DNA of 61,748 bases, counting the filler, from Globobulimina sp. (Eukaryota): NCBI GenBank assembly GCA_003354225.1. It is 16 parts of 16 records of this genome, joined end to end, with 100 filler letters (N's around TTAATTAATTAA, not from the genome) between each part and the next. Parts side by side here need not be neighbours in the genome. Positions count along the whole stretch, not along the records: positions 23,207 to 26,973 come from PIVH01002133.1; positions 27,074 to 30,840 come from PIVH01002134.1; positions 30,941 to 34,705 come from PIVH01002135.1; positions 34,806 to 38,570 come from PIVH01002136.1; 12 more parts are not named here. One strand, 5' to 3'. Both the position numbers and the translations under genes were made by a program. The notes under the pieces are model-generated. The model made no database searches. It was not told the DNA's origin and saw only the letters and a program-made list of their open reading frames with translations. Numbering within the stretch: the first letter of the stretch is position 1; each line of letters begins with the position of its first letter. Shown here in pieces: positions 23,914 to 34,983 of the stretch.

Positions 23914-26752
23914 ATGGATACAATTCATTATTTTGATGCTATCCATGCTATACATACTGTATTAACAGTGTTTATTTTATCATTATTTTCGCTCAACAAA
24001 GGATTTAAAACTACTTTATTATTAATCATTGCATTACATTTTAAAACCTCTCTAACTTTAAATATCACAGCAGGCCGAGGTTGGCATTCATGCGCATTGT
24101 CCACCGGCGCTGCATTGAAGTGTTGGGGCTTTAATGCTGATGGTCAATTAGGACACAATCATACCAATAACATAGGAGATGCAGCCAATGAAATGGGTGA
24201 TTTTTTATTAGATATCGACTTAGGATCTGGCTTCATTACAGCACAGATTGTAGCTGGATATTACCATACCTGTGCATTGTCGACCAGCGCTGCCTTGAAG
24301 TGTTGGGGAAGGAACGATTTTGGTCAATTAGGGTACGGTGACAGTCACAACAGAGGAGATGGAGCCGATGAAATGGGGGAGAATTTATTGCCGATTGACT
24401 TAGGATCTGGCTTCAATACCACACAGATTGCAGCAGGACATTCCCATACATGTGCAGTGTCCACTATGGGCACAGCCAAATGTTGGGGCTTTAATGATTA
24501 TGGCCAATTAGGATATGGTGACAACCATAGTCGCGGGAATGCAACCGATGAAATGGGAGATTTCTTATTAGAGATAGCGTTGGGATCTGGCTTCAATGCA
24601 ACACAGATTGTAGCGGGGTGGTCGCATACATGCGCATTGTCGACCAATGGGGCAGTCAAATGTTGGGGGATTGGGAATCACGGCCGATTGGGATATGGAG
24701 ATTTGGAGTGGAGAGGAGATGGAGCTGATGAAATGGGTGATTTTTTATTAGAGATTGAGCTGGGAACTGGTTTTCAGGCAACACAGATTGTAGCAGGCTG
24801 TTTCCATACTTGTGCATTATCAGTTGATGGCGTATTGAAGTGTTGGGGAAGGAATAATTATGGGCAATTAGGGTACGGTGATAACAATGACAGAGGAGAT
24901 GTTGTTGATGAAATGGGTGCGTATTTATCAGCAGTTGATTTGGGCTCCGGTTTTACTGCAAGTCAGATTGTAGCAGGTTGTAGGCACTCATGCGCATTGT
25001 CAAGCGGTGCAGATTTGAAGTGTTGGGGAAGGAATAATGCTGGACAATTAGGATATGGTGATGAGGATAACAGAGGAGATGGAACCCGTGAAATGGGAGG
25101 GTATTTAGCAGGGATTGAGTTGGGGTCCGGTTTCATTCCAAGACAGATTGTAGCCGGAGCTTACCATACTTGCGCATTGTCAACCATTGATGCACTCAAA
25201 TGTTGGGGTAGTAATGGGTATGGTGAACTGGGATATGGTGATATGAATGTTAGAGGAGATGCAGTTAATGAAATGGGTGATTATTTATCAGAGGTTGATT
25301 TGGGGTCTGGTTTTACACCAACTGTATCTCCAACTGTTGCCCCAACCAGATCGCCAACAATGTCTACAAACCCACCATCCATATGACCTTCTGATCCGCC
25401 AACGCAATTTCCAACTAATTATCCAACGCAATTCCCAACCAATTATCCATCCTCAAATCCGACATTTTTTCCGACCAATTATCCATCCTCAGATCCGACA
25501 TTTATCCCAACATGGAATCCCAGTTCAAATGCAACATATTATACGCATACTGTTAATATAACAATAATAGTGACAAACATCACCAATAATATTACCAAAA
25601 TAGAGAAATATCTCAAGGAAACAATTGAAAATATGTTAATTGCGGATGAAGCTGTACGTCATTTGGATGTTGATATAATTGTGAAAGATGTTGATGATGA
25701 TTCACTTGTCGTTATCGCAATAATTACATTGGATGCAGATTATATCAATCAAAGAGAGATCGAAAGAGAGATTCAAGATGGCTTTGATAATCAAGACGAT
25801 GTTATGAAAGTAAGTGTAATTACAACAAATACATCAACTACAAATAAACCGGATGGAACACAAACAAATATGATATATTTTGTAATTGCTGCCAGTACAT
25901 TTGCATTTTGTTTTATTTGTTTTTTATTCGCTATTATATTACATTTGTATTTACGAAAGAAAGTGCAAACTTTAAATATGCAAATTACAGCGATACATAC
26001 TGCACAAATTAAAGGTATGCAAATATATTGTACATTTTATGAGGAATATATATAAATTTCCAATTGTCACTGATTGCAATTAATTTGCTGTACTGTATAT
26101 CTTATAAATGTAGCAGTATTAAATTGGAAATTTATATTCAAAATAAAATTTTATGATTCCTGTCTGTATTTTAAAAGATGAGATTGCGTCAAATGATGAT
26201 GATTTGGTGAGTACTACTGTTGATGCAGAAAAACTGGATGCGGAAGATATAGATATAGAACATATGAGTACCTCCGGAGATGTTAGGTATGTCTTTGATG
26301 GCGCTGAAGGTATGCAAATATATTGTACATTTAATGAGGAATATATTCAAATACATACGTGCTGTAAAGATGATATTGTTGTTGATGCAGAAAAAGCTGA
26401 TATGAATGCCACAGTCGATGTTAATACATCTGATGGCTATGCAACAAAGACAGACAAAGGAAAACCAGTCAATGTAAATGAATTGTTATCTGCTGTAAGC
26501 ATACAATCTGCTCAGTTAATGGAAATCATTGCCAATGAAGAAAAAGAGAGAGAAGAAAGAAAGGAAGAAGAGGAACAAGAGGAAGGTGTTAATTTCGATG
26601 GTATGTTTGTTGAGGTCGATAATGAAGGCGCTTATGAACCAGATGAATTTCATATTATTAATAGAGTCAAAGCAAGAACGTGTACTGGCGGTGGCAGTAC
26701 AACGAGTGGAGCGACAGTGGATAACCAAAATGAAAAGTTTGTATATAAATAA
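23914..26752 (+). CDS. RCC1/BLIP-II repeat surface protein with PT-rich stalk, TM helix and acidic tail; in-frame TGA at 25384..25386; introns 26015..26177 and 26310..26369
   Basis: Seven 60-aa repeats (AG..HTCALS..G.LKCWG.N..GQLGYGD), then PTxxPT repeats. The frame continues past the TGA into ORF 25570..26055, which holds the TM helix. Confidence 0.85.
24064..25320 (+). repeat. Coding tandem repeat, 7 x 180 nt (RCC1 blades)
   Basis: TGTTGGGG recurs at 24121, 24301, 24481, 24661, 24841, 25021 and 25201. Confidence 0.95.
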
Positions 26753-27073
26753 TACGAAATACGTTTTTTTATTAATGTGTCCGTACAAATACGTTATTTA
26801 TATTATATAATTCATCACAGTGTTATTGAATGTGTGATCCGTTTTGTTGTTTTAAAATTGTTTGTAATATATTAAGTATTAAATAAACCATTTTAATTAT
26901 TTGATTGTATGTTTGTTTTGCGTGCTTTGTTTGTCTTTGTCATGTAAATGATGTAATATAATAATATTAATTCNNNNNNNNNNNNNNNNNNNNNNNNNNN
27001 NNNNNNNNNNNNNNNNNTTAATTAATTAANNNNNNNNNNNNNNNNNNNNNNNNNNNNNNNNNNNNNNNNNNNN

Positions 27074-27775
27074 AATACCTCGCCGTCTAATGATACACCG
27101 CCATATATACCTTTATTGCCAAATGAATAGTTAAATATTGGCGCAATTGCTTGCTTTCCAGAGGCTGAATTTTTATTGGTACCAACACCAATGCCGGCAT
27201 CTGCATTACGACCCCATTTAGCTGCAGTTGCATTTGCATTGCCTTTGATTTGCAACTGTCCATTGGATAAAAACATATCAATTTGTTGTTGCGAACTCAA
27301 AATTATAATATGATCCACTTTAGCGGCACCTGCTAAAAACCCGACTGATACTCCACCGGTACCAACAGCACATGGACAGCTCCATTGGTTTTGTGCGGCT
27401 TTTTTTTTCCTAAATTTTTTTTTAACCTCAAAATGAGATTTTCGAACCAAAATTATACCCGAACCACCTTTGATTCCCACTATAAATCCGCCCTTGGCTT
27501 CGGTTATTAAGGCGATACCTTTTGCCTTTTGCAATACTTGACGCGACATTCGTTCCTCTTGTTTGATCACTTTATTACCCAAATAATATTCTAATGATAT
27601 GCGAGCTTGGCTCAATAACCCCTCCATCTTCACTCGTTCATCGAAACTTTATAATAAATATCATATTCATGCGATTCATTTGCGGAATAAATATATACCT
27701 TTTTTTTGTGTCACTGGCCTTTTGTTTCGTTGCTTTCCATGCATTCCCTAAAGATTTACCAAACGAAGAGGCCAT
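27074..27775 (-). CDS. SYLF/Ysc84 actin- and lipid-binding domain protein (SH3YL1-like), 3' end cut
   Basis: VLQKAKGIALI..AKGGFIVGIKGGSGIILVR, WSCPCAV, GGVSVGFLAGA, KGIYGGVSLDG. The first exon MASSFGKS... is spliced on. Confidence 0.88.
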
Positions 27776-27831
27776 GAAAAAATGGAAAAACTCAAGAAGG
27801 CCACTCAAGGTTAAATAGGAAAACTCTACTA

Positions 27832-28845
27832 ATGTCTTCTGTTGCTTTGACACATTTAATATCAATTGAATTTGGAAAGATTATATGCATTATAACATTG
27901 GGCTATGTTTGTGGCAAAAACAATTACTTTTCCTTTAAAAAACGAACATTGGCGCAATTACTATCGAAACTAATTCTGCCCACTGTATTTTTCTATTCAA
28001 CCGCAACAATGAATTTATTTAATATTAATATTAGCATTGCATTTTTAGGATTATTATCTCGATTCATAATGATGCTCATTTACTACATTCCAATTCTTTT
28101 TATTTACAACACATCATCAAATATTCAAAGATTACAATACTGGGCAATGGCAACATTATTTGTGACAATGTCATATGATGTGGCTATCGGATTTCCCCTA
28201 GCACAGATTTTGTGGAATAATAATAATAATAATGATGACGCACAATATATATTAACATGGGCTGCATTGTCAAAAATATTCATTATGCCAATATGTATTG
28301 CAATATTAAATTATTGTCAATGCCAAATGACAAACAATAAAAACAACCAAAGCAATATGAGCATTGTCATTAATCATTTCATATCCAATCCAATTATTGT
28401 TGGCATATTCTGCGGTCTCGCAATTAATGTGTTTTGTTGTGTATTTTTTGGAATGGAATCTATTCCACAGTTTCTTAAAGAAATTTGTATTATGATTAAA
28501 AATGCATATCCATTTACAGCATTATTTATCATTGGATACGGAATCTGTGAAACAAATACATCTTTGCTCAAAATTGATAATAAACCTATGATTATATTGT
28601 TAGTCATTGGGAAATGTTTTATTTCGCCTGTTGTGTTTTATGGTGTCTTCGGATATGTTGTTAAAGATCCAGCCGTTCAAAATATAACGACAATGGCATG
28701 TTTTTATGGCATGTTACCAGCTTCCTCATCGCCAACTGTATTATCAATACAATATAAGATTTATAATGACATCATGGAGCTGGCAACAGTTGTTTGTTTG
28801 GTTGTTTCTATGCCAATCTTAATTGCGTTTTTATTATATAAGTAA
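27832..28845 (+). CDS. PIN-like/auxin efflux carrier (Mem_trans) family transporter
   Basis: About 10 TM segments in two halves; LGY..., LILPTVFF, IGFPL, FISNPIIVGIFCG, ALFIIG, K.FISP, MLPAS. Confidence 0.75.
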   Translation: MSSVALTHLISIEFGKIICIITLGYVCGKNNYFSFKKRTLAQLLSKLILPTVFFYSTATMNLFNINISIAFLGLLSRFIMMLIYYIPILFIYNTSSNIQRLQYWAMATLFVTMSYDVAIGFPLAQILWNNNNNNDDAQYILTWAALSKIFIMPICIAILNYCQCQMTNNKNNQSNMSIVINHFISNPIIVGIFCGLAINVFCCVFFGMESIPQFLKEICIMIKNAYPFTALFIIGYGICETNTSLLKIDNKPMIILLVIGKCFISPVVFYGVFGYVVKDPAVQNITTMACFYGMLPASSSPTVLSIQYKIYNDIMELATVVCLVVSMPILIAFLLYK

Positions 28846-29025
28846 CGCTGAAATACTGACGTATTACTTATAGTTTTTGTTTAAGGGTTTATGTGCATGC
28901 TGTCAAACTGTCATTCCAATGGCAACCATTTAACGATTTAAAATATATATTGATACATGGATGAGACTGGCAGTCAATAATTAACTCATAATTATAAGAA
29001 GAAAGTACTCCGGATCCAAATCAAA

Positions 29026-29988
29026 ATGAAAGTAATTTATTCAATAATATTGATATGCTATTCGGTAAACATTATTGCTGCTCTAAACATTGATACAGTT
29101 GTAAAATGCGCATATGACTGTTGGGGTATTGGAAGTTGGGGCGATCGGATCCAACCACCACCATCATATGAATTGGTTGCGTCCGGTCACCGCCATGTAA
29201 CAGCGATGTTGTCGCCGCGTACGATATCATGGGTCATTTTCCATTCGCAAAAGCACCGCCAAGTATATGCCGTATTCAGTGGTTCGAAAGTAATTGGTGA
29301 TACGCTGGACATTGTGAGTAAATCGCGTGAACTGCAATATCTATGCGGTAAAGATGGTGATAAGAAGGTTTTTTCTTTTCATGAAGGAATATTGGAGATG
29401 ATGAGGGAAACATCACGAGAATTTCAACAAGCAATCAATGGCATTATTTTGGATAATTATAAGTCAAATGGTGCAATGCCCAAGTTTTTGTTCACTGGAC
29501 ATAGTTTAGGCGGTTCTTTAGCAATTCTGCATGCTTTGGATATTTGGTGCACTTTTCCAGACAAAGAATGGTTGGATTATTCATTTGAAATCGTGACATT
29601 TGGATCTCCGAAATTTGTTTCAGAGTCAAGTAAATTCCCGATGAATATTATTCAAATTATGAATATTATAAATGATGGTGACATTGTACCGGGTTTAGGT
29701 TTAACATTTTTAAACGGTTTTAGGCACATTGGTGCAACGACCAAACCGTTGTCTGTCGGAGCTTTTAGTCAGTTCCGACTACCGTCACCACTCAAGTTGA
29801 TTGTTGGCAAATGTCATTCTCCAGAATATTATTACGCGATTATACATAAAACCGAACAGATGGAATCAGAATGGAAAGGTACAGAAGCAGAGTGGGGGGA
29901 GCTTGTCCAAGAAAATATTCAAATACTTGATGCATTTTTGCAGAATTGGATAAGTACAGATTTTTTAAAAAGCTTTTTAAACAATTAA
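29026..29988 (+). CDS. Secreted lipase, class 3
   Basis: Signal peptide, VFSGS, FHEG, FTGHSLGGSLA, VTFGSPK, DIVP. Confidence 0.88.
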   Translation: MKVIYSIILICYSVNIIAALNIDTVVKCAYDCWGIGSWGDRIQPPPSYELVASGHRHVTAMLSPRTISWVIFHSQKHRQVYAVFSGSKVIGDTLDIVSKSRELQYLCGKDGDKKVFSFHEGILEMMRETSREFQQAINGIILDNYKSNGAMPKFLFTGHSLGGSLAILHALDIWCTFPDKEWLDYSFEIVTFGSPKFVSESSKFPMNIIQIMNIINDGDIVPGLGLTFLNGFRHIGATTKPLSVGAFSQFRLPSPLKLIVGKCHSPEYYYAIIHKTEQMESEWKGTEAEWGELVQENIQILDAFLQNWISTDFLKSFLNN

Positions 29989-30101
29989 ACAGCTCTTAAA
30001 TTTCCAATAAACAGCTCTTTTCCGATAGGCATTTTTTGCTTTATCGTGTGTCGAAAGTTTACGATGTGTTCCACAATTTGAAATATGAGTGTTCCAATCT
30101 G

Positions 30102-30840
30102 TTAAACAATTTGAAATATGAAATGATTTTTAGTGGTATTAACATGATATCGATTCAATTGGGCAATTATCCTTGGAATCAGCATCCGAACAACATTAAA
30201 ATTGTGAGGGATTACATGCAAATTTAACTGCTGTTTATTGATCCTCAAAAAATAATTTTCCAATATATCTGATCTCATCCAATTCATCCAATTTTCGGCC
30301 TCATTGCTTTGTGGAGAGTGTACATTAAACATTCTGATTATATTCAATTGTTTCAGCCATCTGTGACATATATTACTTATTTGTACCAAAAACATATTCC
30401 AAAAATCACTATTTTTAAATTTATTACGCAACAAATTTTCCAATGTAGTCTGAACATATTTAGTTGATTGTTGTTGTAAGATATGCATAGATTTATTGTT
30501 TCTATTGACCATTCTCACATAATTCGTATGGTAAACATGCGGTATTTTGGATACATCCCTTCTCATTTTCGCATCACATTGTAATTCAGCTACTGATTCA
30601 TGCAGTAATCCGGGCATTTTATCGAATGTTTGATTCATTATTCTTGCGTTACAAATAAAATGCAGCCAGCTCATAAATTTTGCGATTTTCACCATATTCA
30701 AATTTCGGCTCATTGCGTTGACTGTGTTCATGCATCCAAAAACTGCGGATACCAAATTCATTGAAAGCTCGTTGCATTTCTCCGATGTTGGCAATAAAAT
30801 GGCGTTTATTGCAGATGAATCTGTGTCAAAATCTTCACGA
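30102..30840 (-). CDS. Hypothetical protein, 5' end cut
   Basis: Frame stays open for over 230 codons up to the contig end; no recognisable motif. Confidence 0.45.
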
Positions 30841-31195
30841 NNNNNNNNNNNNNNNNNNNNNNNNNNNNNNNNNNNNNNNNNNNNTTAATTAATTAANNNN
30901 NNNNNNNNNNNNNNNNNNNNNNNNNNNNNNNNNNNNNNNNTCACCACCAACACTTCCTCCAGGTTGTTGCACTCTTTGAGACGACTCTTGTCCACTGTCC
31001 CGTTCTGCACGTAGTTTTGTTTCAGGTTCGGGTCGATCTGGCTCACGAGTCGACTGTGGTTCGAAGACGGCTTGATCATCTCTTCTGAGATTTGGGAACT
31101 CTCCAGTTTGTTGGAGTGTTTAGGACTGGCGTAGTTACCTGCCTTACTCGATATTTGGCTGTGTTGCTGGCTGTTCTGCCGGTTTCCACGGTTAT

Positions 31196-33503
31196 TGCTG
31201 GGATATTGCAGTAAAAAAATGTGGCGGGTTATTGTCAGATTTATGGACAACGATTTCAGAAACATGCGGTCAAATTATTCGTAACCGATCCAAGACAGAT
31301 TGGTATTGGTTTAAAACCTGCCTTCTTACCTCGACGATTTGGTATAGAAGATCTCCGAAAGACGGCACTTATTTATATTATCAATTATTAAAATGGGTAG
31401 AAAATGAGGCAAATAGTCAATTAAATAAATTGGAACACGCATTGAGTAATACAACAAATGAAAATAAAAATGATTGGGACGACTTAATAACATTCAACGT
31501 ACAAACAGAATATAACAGTAATCAAATAAGACAAGATGTGATACCAAACGGTATTGTTAGCTCTTATTCCCATTCTCAATTAGTCGATGCCTCATATCAT
31601 ACATTTAATGCTGCTGCTTTTTATGTACAATCAATATTTATCTCGGTTGGTATTAGCAGCTCAAATGTGTGATCCCCAATTTCAAGAATCTGTGCAACAC
31701 ATTTTTGCCCAAATGATAAAGAACAAAAGCGTTCAATATAAAAAAGGACCGGTCAAATTATTGGAAAGAGCAAAGAATAAAGCTGGCACAGATTATATTC
31801 ACCAAACATATCCGACAAGTTCGTGTGTTATTGATTTTAATCGATGTGCTTTAATATTTAACACCGTGCCAACATTGTTACAAGCATTGCAATTATTCAT
31901 TAAGGCAGTACACACTAACTCGGCCGGGACAATTATTGGCATTGTTCGTTGTAAAAATGGTTTTGTTGAGTATGCCAAGCAAGCATGTTATGCCGACATC
32001 AAATTAAATGTTATTATTTGCGGCACCTATAACATTATCGGAGAGGTGCAATTCTTGCTGCAACAGATGAAATTATTTAAAGATGTTGCTCATAATTTGT
32101 ATGGTGTCCAACGACAACAAGAAAGAATGGATAATTCGGTGAGTAAAATATTGCCGATGCTGTTAGATCAGGATAAATCATTAGCAATTGCTGGCACTGT
32201 GGGGAATATTAAATCCGTGTTGCAACTGATGGTTTGGTATAATTCCTCCGGTGACGAGATATTGAAAGCAGATGGTGGTGGTCGTAATGTCTTGTATAGG
32301 ATCTGTAGAAATAATAATGTTGATTTATTACTATTTTTAAAATCAGTGTTGACTAAGAAACAATTCTTTGATGGGGTATTATTAGAATGCGATATTGATT
32401 CCAGTTGTATTGAGACATCTGTCTGGTTTTCTCGGTCGCAGATTTTAAAAAACGTATTTAATGTTCCTCAGATTCGCGCAAAATACATGAAAGATGAATA
32501 TATGTTTCGTATATTGGATCATATGTTTGTTGGCAATGAAAAGGCGGCATTTATTCAATATTTATTACAAGAATTAAATATAACAACAAAGAAAGTGCAG
32601 GAGATGATGACATATCAATTTCCATCCAATAAAATTAAACCATTACCAGCTCATCAATGGGATAAATATACAATAGGTACACTAGTGGTGTCTAAAAATG
32701 GGAAAAAAGCGGCTGTTGAAAGGTTAATCAAAGTGATTGGTGTTGCTGTATTTGTTAAAAACGTTTTTTATGCGAATGGAAGTGAGAATTTAAATATGTT
32801 GGAATGTGCTATAAAATATGATAGAACAACAATCATCGAATATATACTGTCATTCGAGCAAGTAAGACAGAGATATAATACGGGTGCGGGTGCTGGTGCT
32901 GAGAATGATAAGTTATTGTTTAGATTAACATGTTGCTTGTTTGGTTATGCTAAACCTGCAATGATTAAATTCATATTAGAGAAATTAAAAATATCTGATA
33001 ATACTGTCCAAAGATTGGTGGATAAATACCAGTATCCTACACCAAAAAAGAAATATAAACAAGATATACCGGCACGTGAAATACATCAAGAATTCCAACA
33101 ATATCATTTGTTAAATGTTATTGGAAAGGCAGTATGTTCAAATTCGTTGGACGCATTGCAACGATTAGTTGAGATTATTGGTGATAATACGTTTAATGAT
33201 GTTGTGTTCAGAAAAGATGGTTGTAACAAAAATGCGGTGCAATATGCAGTGCAGAAAAATAAATTGGATATATTGATGTTTATGATCAATAGAACGGAGA
33301 TTAAAGCTACGATTATGAATGATGTGGATGCGTTTTATAGCATTATTTTGCAATTAAATGACAATTTCAATTTGGAAATGGCGAAATATATTGTAAATGA
33401 ATTGGTTATATCACAGAAAGGAATGTTGGATAAATTAAAAACGTTAAGCAATGGTGTTGACATTTCCTCAATATTGAGTGTAGTAAAGGCCACTGATAAA
33501 TAA
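31196..33503 (+). CDS. RelA/SpoT-synthetase-like nucleotidyltransferase fused to ankyrin-like repeats; N-terminal part in another frame (1-nt insertion ~31626)
   Basis: GPVKLLERAKNK..DY, VIDFNRCALIF, KNGF...YADIKLNV, IIGEVQ, AHNLY. Ankyrin-like units DGGGRNVLYRICRNNNVDLL, NMLECAIKYDRTTIIEYIL and DGCNKNAVQYAVQKNKLDIL. Confidence 0.72.
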
Positions 33504-33573
33504 GCTTTTTGTTGTTTGTTCTTATTTTTGTCAGTTGTAAGTAACTACATCTCCTTGCACACCATTTTCAATA

Positions 33574-34479
33574 ATGGCTATGAAATCTGAGAATACTAAC
33601 GATGCTAAAGAGGAAGAGAAGAATAATATCATTAAAAGAATAAATGTGTTGTTACTATCTGATATCCATTGCAATAAAGCAAATATTATGAAAGTAAAAG
33701 ATTATATTTCTGCATCAAATATTAAAGTGCATCATTTATGGATGCCAGGTGATTTTTTGAATGTAAGTACAGCAGAGAACGAAGACGAAAAAACAGTTAA
33801 AGACTCAGAAATCGAATTGATTGATTTATTATCTGCTGCGAGATCAATACACGACAAACCAGTAATAATACCCGGTAATCATGATCCAATTACATTATTT
33901 CAAACAGATAATGACAAATATTTTAATTTTGCAAAATGTATAAATATTCATAAACAATTGTATGCTGTGGATGGTGAAACTAATTTATTTATGATTGGTT
34001 TTGGTGGTTCGGTGCCAGCGATTTGTGAATCAACACCAATTTGGTCTGGATATCCATTTAAAAATGATGCAGAATTAGGCAAAGAATTCATACCGTTTAT
34101 TGAGAATAATATGAAGAGTTCTGAGAGTGGTAAAAATGTGGTATTATTTACGCATAATGGACCAACAAAAAGTAGTACAACAATGGATTGGAGAAAACAT
34201 GATGTTGCTAAAATAATAGAATCAGGAAGTGATTCAGTAAGGGATGTGATATTAAATAAGGATCTAAGAGATAGAATAATATGCAACATTCATGGCCATA
34301 CGCATGCGGGTGTCGGTCAAGCGCGTATTGGCCATGTACCAATCATTAATCCAGGCAGTTTATGTGGAAAAATTGATGGTGGACATAATTGTAATACTTT
34401 TGCGTTAATGGAATTGGTACAGTTTAAAGACGAAACATGGATGTGTGATAATGTTCGTTTTAAATCATTAACCCAATAA
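33574..34479 (+). CDS. Calcineurin-like metallophosphoesterase
   Basis: SDIH, GDF, GNHD, THNGP, HGHTH and INPGSL. Confidence 0.9.
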   Translation: MAMKSENTNDAKEEEKNNIIKRINVLLLSDIHCNKANIMKVKDYISASNIKVHHLWMPGDFLNVSTAENEDEKTVKDSEIELIDLLSAARSIHDKPVIIPGNHDPITLFQTDNDKYFNFAKCINIHKQLYAVDGETNLFMIGFGGSVPAICESTPIWSGYPFKNDAELGKEFIPFIENNMKSSESGKNVVLFTHNGPTKSSTTMDWRKHDVAKIIESGSDSVRDVILNKDLRDRIICNIHGHTHAGVGQARIGHVPIINPGSLCGKIDGGHNCNTFALMELVQFKDETWMCDNVRFKSLTQ

Positions 34480-34805
34480 ATCTAACATTAATTTCAATAT
34501 GAATACTAGAATACTCTATGTACGTTTAATATATACTTTATAATCGTTTTAGTTGCAAGAATACTGGAATCAGTTTCTATGGCCTCCTGTATAGGAGCTA
34601 CGGCAGATCTGACCCCAGAGACAAACCCTAATATTCGTTGGCAAAACACGTGGTAAACACTAGACTGTCTCAAACGACCGGGAAAATGTACTTTCCAAAC
34701 TTCCCNNNNNNNNNNNNNNNNNNNNNNNNNNNNNNNNNNNNNNNNNNNNTTAATTAATTAANNNNNNNNNNNNNNNNNNNNNNNNNNNNNNNNNNNNNNN
34801 NNNNN

Positions 34806-34944
34806 AAAGGCAGCAAACAGTATGGGACTGAGGACAGAGCCCTGAAGGACACCATTGTGCAATTTGAAGAGTTCAGTGATGAATGTGATATCACGGATGG
34901 CTGATTGTGAATTATTGTAGATAGCTTTGATTATTCTAGCCAGT
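34806..34944 (-). mobile_element. Non-LTR retrotransposon RT fragment (5'-truncated copy or chimeric end)
   Basis: The minus strand reads LARIIKAIYNNSQSAIRDITFITELFKLHNGVLQGSVLSPILFAAF (RT GxxQGxxLSP motif). It is not in the ORF track. Confidence 0.85.
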
Positions 34945-34983
34945 GAACGGTTTTTTTTTAATAGTTACTTAGAGAAAGAGAGC

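Noticed and set aside
24064-25320. Regularly spaced repeats as a CRISPR-like array
   Set aside because: The 180-nt units are in-frame RCC1 coding repeats with synonymous variation and no unique spacers.
26753-26973. SECIS element that would make the RCC1 gene's TGA a selenocysteine
   Set aside because: No convincing AUGA/AA/GA stem-loop is visible, and the TGA lies in an unstructured stalk rather than a redox motif.
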